A DNA stretch of 64,000 nucleotides. Source: Actinomycetota bacterium (GTDB lineage: Bacteria > Actinomycetota > UBA4738 > HRBIN12). Position numbers and translations under genes: made by a program. The stretch lies in assembly GCA_046731295.1 (NCBI GenBank), contig JBKPKU010000054.1, positions 52,833-116,832 of the forward strand. The letters run 5' to 3'. Every line of letters begins with the position of its first letter. The stretch's first letter is position 1. The notes under the pieces were generated by a model. It saw nothing but the letters and a program-made list of their open reading frames with translations. It searched no databases and was not told the DNA's origin. Below, piece after piece: positions 57,815 to 64,000 of this stretch.

Positions 57815-58756
57815 ATGTCGGCCGTGGCGCAGGACGCAGGGACGACGGTCACGCGGTTCCGGCGGTTCCTGGTCTCGGACCACACCGCCGGGTGGGCCTT
57901 CATCATGCCCTCGGTCATCCTGATCGTGATCTTCGGGATCGTCCCGATCGTGTGGGGGCTGATCCTGTCGTTCCAGAAGGCCGGCCTGATCTCGCCCGAG
58001 CGCGAGTGGGTCGGCTTCGAGAACTACGCCCGGATCGCGAGCGACCCCAAGGCGCGGCAGGCGGCAGTCAACACGATCTACTACACGATGCTGTTCGTCC
58101 CGATCTCGATCCTGCTGGCGCTCTTCGTCGCCCATGCGCTGAACCGCAAGATCGCGCTGATCCGCTTCTACCGGCTGGCCGTGTTCATCCCGGTCGTCAC
58201 CTCGACGATCGCGACCGGGATCATGTTCCTGTGGCTGTTCGACAAGAACTTCGGGCTGGCCAACTGGCTGCTCGGCAAGATCGGCCTGGGGCCGTTCGGC
58301 TTCTTCGAGGATCCGAACCAGGCGATGCTCGCGCTGGTCATGATGACCGTCTGGGGATGGCTCGGGTTCGACACGATCATCTACCTGGCCGCGCTGCAGG
58401 GCGTCCCGAACGAGCTCGTCGAGGCGGCGGCGATCGACGGCGCCAGCCGCTGGACCGCGTTCTGGCGGGTCACATGGCCGATGCTCGGACCGGCCACGCT
58501 GCTGCTGGTCGTCTGGTCGACGATCAGCGCGCTGCAGCTGTTCGACGAGGTGTTCTTCGTGACCCACGGCGGACCCCTCGGCCGAACCTCGGTCGTCGTC
58601 TTCTACGTCTACCGGCTCGCGTTCGAGCAGGGGCTCGGGAGCCTCTCGCTGGCCGGCTACGCGGCCGCGATCGCGTACGTGCTGTTTCTCGTGATCCTGA
58701 TCCTGACCCTGGCGCAGTTCTGGCTGGCCCGACGCGTCGTGCACTACTCGTCATGA
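57815..58756 (+). CDS. Sugar ABC transporter permease (MalF/UgpA-like)
   Basis: 6-TM permease with EAA loop (AALQGVPNELVEAAAIDGASRW). Confidence 0.85.
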   Translation: MSAVAQDAGTTVTRFRRFLVSDHTAGWAFIMPSVILIVIFGIVPIVWGLILSFQKAGLISPEREWVGFENYARIASDPKARQAAVNTIYYTMLFVPISILLALFVAHALNRKIALIRFYRLAVFIPVVTSTIATGIMFLWLFDKNFGLANWLLGKIGLGPFGFFEDPNQAMLALVMMTVWGWLGFDTIIYLAALQGVPNELVEAAAIDGASRWTAFWRVTWPMLGPATLLLVVWSTISALQLFDEVFFVTHGGPLGRTSVVVFYVYRLAFEQGLGSLSLAGYAAAIAYVLFLVILILTLAQFWLARRVVHYSS

Positions 58757-59667
58757 GCTCGATCACCGCGCCCGCGCCGACCGTCGACGAAGTGGTCGAC
58801 CTCGCGCGCCTGGAGGGCGAGACCGGGATGGTCGAGCGCCCCCGCCGGCGCTTGCTGCCGTTCGACCCATGGCACCTGTTCCTGGCGCCGCTCGCCTTCG
58901 TCATGCTGCTGCCGCTGGTCTGGATGGTCGTGACCTCGCTCGAGACCAAGGCGCAGACCCTGCACTTCCCGCCGATCCTGTGGCCGGGGACGCCACAGTT
59001 GGTGAACTATCTGGACGTGATCCGGGACTCGGCGTTCGGGACGTGGTTCTGGAACACGACGGTCGTGACGGTCCTGGTGGTGGCGAGCAACCTGGTCCTG
59101 TGCACCCTCGCGGCCTACGGGTTCGCCCGGGTCAGGTTCCTCGGCCGCGGGTTCATCTACTTCGTCCTGCTGGCCACCCTGATGGTGCCGCTGCAGGTGG
59201 TGCTGATCCCGACGTTCCTCATCGTCAAGCAGCTCGGGCTCCTCGACCATCTCGGGGCGCTCGTCGTGCCGAACCTGGCAAACGTTTTCGGGATCTTCAT
59301 GCTTACGCAGTTCTTCCGAACGCTCCCGATCGACCTGGAGGAGGCGGCGCGCATCGACGGCGCCTCACGGCTGTCGATCCTGCTCCGGATCGTCGTGCCG
59401 CTCTCGCTGCCCGCGCTCGCGACGCTGGCGGTGATCCAGTTCCTGTGGACGTGGAACGACTTCCTGTGGCCGCTCGTCACGATCCTGACCAACCAGGGCG
59501 CGTTCACGCTGCAGCTGGGGCTCGCGACCTTCCAGGGCGCGCACCAGACGCAGTGGCACTACGTCGCCGCGGCCAACATCATGTCGATGATTCCGTTGAT
59601 CGTGCTGTTCCTCATCGCCCAGCGGTACTTCGTCCGCGGCATCGCAACGCAGGGCCTGAAGGGCTGA
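58753..59667 (+). CDS. Sugar ABC transporter permease (MalG/UgpE-like)
   Basis: ATGA overlap with the upstream permease; EAA loop (EEAARIDGASRLSILLRIVVP). Confidence 0.85.
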   Translation: MSSITAPAPTVDEVVDLARLEGETGMVERPRRRLLPFDPWHLFLAPLAFVMLLPLVWMVVTSLETKAQTLHFPPILWPGTPQLVNYLDVIRDSAFGTWFWNTTVVTVLVVASNLVLCTLAAYGFARVRFLGRGFIYFVLLATLMVPLQVVLIPTFLIVKQLGLLDHLGALVVPNLANVFGIFMLTQFFRTLPIDLEEAARIDGASRLSILLRIVVPLSLPALATLAVIQFLWTWNDFLWPLVTILTNQGAFTLQLGLATFQGAHQTQWHYVAAANIMSMIPLIVLFLIAQRYFVRGIATQGLKG

Positions 59668-59671
59668 CGCG

Positions 59672-60798
<1,127 letters not shown>

Positions 60799-60802
<4 letters not shown>

Positions 60803-62793
60803 CCGCCGAGCGACGGATCATCGCGATGCTCTCGACGGCTTGTGTCGTGCTCTTGGCGATCGCGGCGTGGGCGATCGCGACCCGCGGAGGGGGCTCATCC
60901 TCGACGGAGAGGGCCACCTACTGGGTCGCGAGGGGAGGCAGCGACTCGGGGCCCGGCACCGGCGACGATCCGTGGGCCACGATCCAACACGCCGCCGACA
61001 CGGTCGCTCCGGGCTCGATCGTGTACGTGCGGGGCGGCGTCTACGACCAGCGGGTCGAGGTCCGAGCCTCGGGCGAGCCGGGACGCCCCATCACGTTCGC
61101 CGCGGCCCCCGGTGAGCGGGTCTTGCTCGACGGCACGTCGCTCGAGGTGCCGGCCGACCAGAGCGCCATGATCACCGTCGACTCCCAGAGCTACATCGAG
61201 ATTCGTGGGTTCGAGATCACCGGCTACCGCACCGACATCACGGGACACGTGCCCATCGGGATCCTGGTGACCGGCGCATCCGATCACATCCGGATCGCGG
61301 GCAACCTCGTGCACGACATGGGGACGACGTTCGAGGGGCGCAACGGCGGGGACGCCCACGGGATCGCCGTGTTCGGGACGGACCCAGGCCATCCCATCCA
61401 GGACGTCCGAATCGTCGACAACGACCTTGCGCGCCTCAGCCTGGGTTCGTCCGAGGCGCTGGTCGTCAACGGGAACGTCACGGACTTCCTCATCGAGGGC
61501 AACCGCGTGCACGACACCAACAACATCGGGATCGACGTGATCGGGTTCGAGGGCACAGCGTCCGATCCGACGGTCGACCAGGCTCGTGACGGTGTCGTCC
61601 GAGGCAACGCCGTATGGAACGTCGACAGCTACGGCAACCCCGCGTACGGCCGGGACCGAAGCGCCGACGGCATCTACATCGACGGCGGCCGCGACGTCCT
61701 GATCGAGGGCAACACTGTCCACGACGTGAACATCGGCATCGAGCTGGCCAGCGAGCACGCCGGGCGATCGACCAGGAACATCACGGTCCGCAACAACGTG
61801 GTGTATGACTCGACGGCGATCGGGATCGCGATCGGCGGTTACGACCGGCGCAGGGGAAGCACCGAGGACTGCGTCATCGTGAACAACACGGTCGTGAACA
61901 CCGACGGCGTCGAGCTGCTCGTGCAGTTCGACACGCGGGACAACGTGATCGCGAACAACGTGATCGTCGCCGGACCCCGGCACGCGTTCGTGGAGAACGC
62001 CTACACCGAGAATGTCGGCAACCAGCTCGACCACAACCTGTACTACTCCGTGGATGGTGGCTCGGACGGCACATGGCAGTGGAAGGGCGTCGACTACGGG
62101 GACTTCGCGCGATGGCGCGCGCGATCGGGGAACGACGGGGACTCGGCGTTCGCCGATCCGGCGTTCGTGGACCCGGAGGCGGAGGACTTCCGCATCAAAC
62201 AGGGCTCGCCGGCGGTGGATGCGGGAGCCTTCCTCGCCGTGTCCGGCGCGACCGATCTGGCCGGGGATCCGCGGGCGCAGGCCGGGGGGATCGACCTCGG
62301 CGCGTTCGAGGTCGCCGCCCCGCCGCCGTCTCCGACGCCTTCGATCGCGGGCCCCGTCACCTACGCCGGCGATTTCGAGTGGAGCTCGACATCGAACGGG
62401 TGGGGACCGCCCGAGGTCGACCGGAGCAACGGGGAACGCGCCCCCGACGACGGTGGCCCGATAACGGTGGGGACCGCGGTGTTCGAGCACGGGATCGGCG
62501 CGCACGCGCCCTCGCGCATCGTCGTGAACATCGACGGCCGGTGTTCCCTGTTCCTGGCGGACGTCGGTCTGGACGAGGAGGTCGGGGACCGGGGATCGGT
62601 GGTGTTCGAGGTGTGGGGCGGCGGCCAACGGCTGGCGAGCAGCGGCCTGGTGCGAGGTCCACAAGCCGCCGCTCCGATCGCTGCCGACGTCACGGGGGTG
62701 GATGCGATGGTGCTCCGTGTGAGCCCAGGAGGCGATGGGAACGCCTTCGATCACGCCGACTGGGGCGATGCCCGTCTGGCGTGCACGGGCTAG
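60799..62793 (+). CDS. Membrane-anchored/secreted right-handed parallel beta-helix (pectate-lyase-fold) protein with C-terminal NPCBM-like carbohydrate-binding module
   Basis: ATGA overlap with the ABC ATPase. N-terminal hydrophobic anchor; repeated beta-helix coils (N-x-V-x-D, IGIxIGG); C-terminal NPCBM pattern (NGWGPPEVDRSNGE ... GIGAHAPS ... DHADWGDARLAC). Confidence 0.7.
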
Positions 62794-62811
62794 CGTCGTC
62801 GCGGTCCGCGA

Positions 62812-63774
62812 TCATCGATCGAACCCGAGCGTTTCGAGGACCTCGTCCATCGTCGGCTGCGCGTCGACACCCCCGAGGGCCCGCGTCGAGAGCGCGCCGC
62901 ACGCGTTCGCGACCGCCAGAGACCGCTCGAGGGGGTCGCCCGCGAGCCGGGACGCCAGGAACCCGGCGTCGAAGGCGTCGCCGGCGCCGGTCGTATCGAT
63001 CGCATCGGTGGGCGCGGCCGCCGCGCGGACGAGCAGGTCGCCGACCGCCGCGACGGCGCCGCCGCCTCCCGCCTTGACGACGACGGCGCCCGCACGGCCC
63101 GCGAGCTCGCGCGCGGCCGCCTCCGGGTCCCCCGCGTCGGCGATGTGCGTCGCCTCCTCGGCGTTGGGCAGGAACACGTCGGTGAAGGACAGGAGCTCGC
63201 GCAGGCCGCCGTCCCAGCGTTCGGTCGGGTCCCAGTTCGGATCGACGGAGGTGGTCGATCCGTTCGCTCGAACGCGCTCGAAGAGGCCGGGGAGCTCGGG
63301 GCCCAGCGCGTCCTGCAGGAAGTAGGAGGCGACGTGGACGTGCCGGGCCGCGTCGAGCGTGCCCGGACCGACGCGTTCGGAACGCAGCCCCGCGATCGTG
63401 CCCGTGTGCGTGAGGATCGCGCGATCGCCCGGCCTCGCAAGGACGACCGTCAGACCCGTCGGCCGGTCGGGTTCGACGACGAGCCCGCCCACGTCCACGT
63501 CTCGGCGCTCGAGCTCGTCCCGCATGAACCGGCCGAACACGTCGTCGCCGACCACGCCGCAGATCGCGGTTCGTAGGCCGAGCCGGGCGGCGCCGCACGC
63601 GACGATCGCGCCCGAGCCGCCGACGGTGAGCCGGGCGTCCTCGACGATCCGCTCGACCTGGCCGAACGCGGGCTCGACGTCTCCCGTCAGGATTAGGTCC
63701 GGGTTGACGTCCCCGAGCACCAGCAGATCGATCCGATCCGACACGGCCGAACGATAGCCGAGGGCGTTCGGCAC
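62812..63774 (-). CDS. PfkB-family carbohydrate kinase (ribokinase/fructokinase-like)
   Basis: Ribokinase-fold motifs ([29 protein letters not shown]). 320 aa; start uncertain within the first 15 codons. Confidence 0.8.
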   Translation of the reverse strand: MPNALGYRSAVSDRIDLLVLGDVNPDLILTGDVEPAFGQVERIVEDARLTVGGSGAIVACGAARLGLRTAICGVVGDDVFGRFMRDELERRDVDVGGLVVEPDRPTGLTVVLARPGDRAILTHTGTIAGLRSERVGPGTLDAARHVHVASYFLQDALGPELPGLFERVRANGSTTSVDPNWDPTERWDGGLRELLSFTDVFLPNAEEATHIADAGDPEAAARELAGRAGAVVVKAGGGGAVAAVGDLLVRAAAAPTDAIDTTGAGDAFDAGFLASRLAGDPLERSLAVANACGALSTRALGGVDAQPTMDEVLETLGFDR

Positions 63775-63815
63775 CCGGCGCGAGCGTCCGCAGGCCCAGC
63801 GTCTATCGTTCGGAC

Positions 63816-64000
63816 GTGACCTGCCCGAACTGCGGGACCGACAACCCCGACGGGGCGCGCTTCTGCAACGCCTGCGGGACGCGCCTGGACCCGGCGGGCA
63901 CCGACGCCTCGCTCGATCCGTTCCTGCCCCGGAAGCTGCTCGCGAAGCTGGAGGCCGCGCGCGCCGGCCGGGCCATGGAGGGGGAGCGCCGGGTCGTCAC
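63816..64000 (+). CDS. N-terminus of a zinc-ribbon-containing adenylate/guanylate cyclase-like regulatory protein (3-prime end outside the window)
   Basis: GTG start; CPNCGTDNPDGARFCNACG double-Cys zinc ribbon followed by EGERRVV(T), the usual lead-in to a class III cyclase domain. Only 61 codons visible. Confidence 0.45.
   Translation, partial: MTCPNCGTDNPDGARFCNACGTRLDPAGTDASLDPFLPRKLLAKLEAARAGRAMEGERRVV

Noticed and set aside
60895-62754. 619-aa minus ORF
   Set aside because: Antisense of the beta-helix/NPCBM gene, whose domains are recognisable on the plus strand.

Overview
This 64 kb window is very high-GC (about 70%) and looks like chromosomal DNA of an actinobacterium-type organism. 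Evidence for that: several F420/LLM-family oxidoreductases, GGAGG-type ribosome-binding sites, a leaderless leader peptide, and many ATGA/GTGA start-stop overlaps. It is densely coding on both strands. I found no rRNA, tRNA, CRISPR array, transposase or integrase.

Content from 5-prime to 3-prime:
- **1-2.6 kb:** the end of a GH15 glycoside hydrolase, a small membrane protein and an SDR oxidoreductase.
- **2.7-8.2 kb:** a probable choline/betaine catabolism trio: an APC permease, a dimethylglycine-oxidase-like FAD/GcvT enzyme and a choline-kinase-like phosphotransferase.
- **8.2-16.9 kb:** a long branched-chain amino acid operon. A sigma-70-like promoter, a 17-codon leader peptide (MQTMLEKTGPQALVLIP) and a rho-independent attenuator hairpin precede an unknown 112-aa protein, then ilvB, ilvN, ilvC, leuA, leuB, a citramalate-synthase-like cimA, and a GNAT acetyltransferase.
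- **16.9-24.0 kb:** a large membrane GAF-PAS-GGDEF-EAL c-di-GMP protein, then leuC-leuD and a PBP4-type DD-carboxypeptidase on the minus strand.
- **24.0-30.8 kb:** PAC2 protein, aldo/keto reductase, Zn-ADH, a standalone Lrp-type RAM domain, a small Rho_N-like protein, S51 peptidase, an LLM oxidoreductase, a 5-prime-3-prime exonuclease and an IMPase.
- **31-41.6 kb (accessory-like):** two paralogous secreted BNR/sialidase-like proteins, a frameshifted small secreted gene, a standalone LigD polymerase domain, a GT4 glycosyltransferase, Bcp, a GH25 muramidase and a cytidylate-kinase-like protein.
- **41.8-49.9 kb:** a possible nitrogen-compound utilisation operon: carbon-nitrogen hydrolase, F420-type LLM oxidoreductase, a NitT/TauT-type ABC transporter, an ornithine-cyclodeaminase-like enzyme, a threonine-dehydratase-like PLP enzyme (frameshifted) and a GNAT.
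- **49.9-51.8 kb:** small stress-type genes: a second Rho_N-like protein paired with a 62-aa Cys-rich protein, OsmC, and a DUF4386 remnant.
- **51.8-64 kb:** a sugar-utilisation locus with a glycolipid-binding-like protein, two PfkB kinases, GH4, DeoR, a SIS isomerase, a CUT1-type ABC transporter and a secreted beta-helix/NPCBM protein. The window ends with the start of an adenylate-cyclase-like gene.

Three genes are disrupted exactly at G/C homopolymer runs, which points to sequencing error rather than decay. The most interesting items are the ilv attenuator with the unknown 112-aa first cistron and the hydrolase/LLM/ABC/OCD/PLP cluster.
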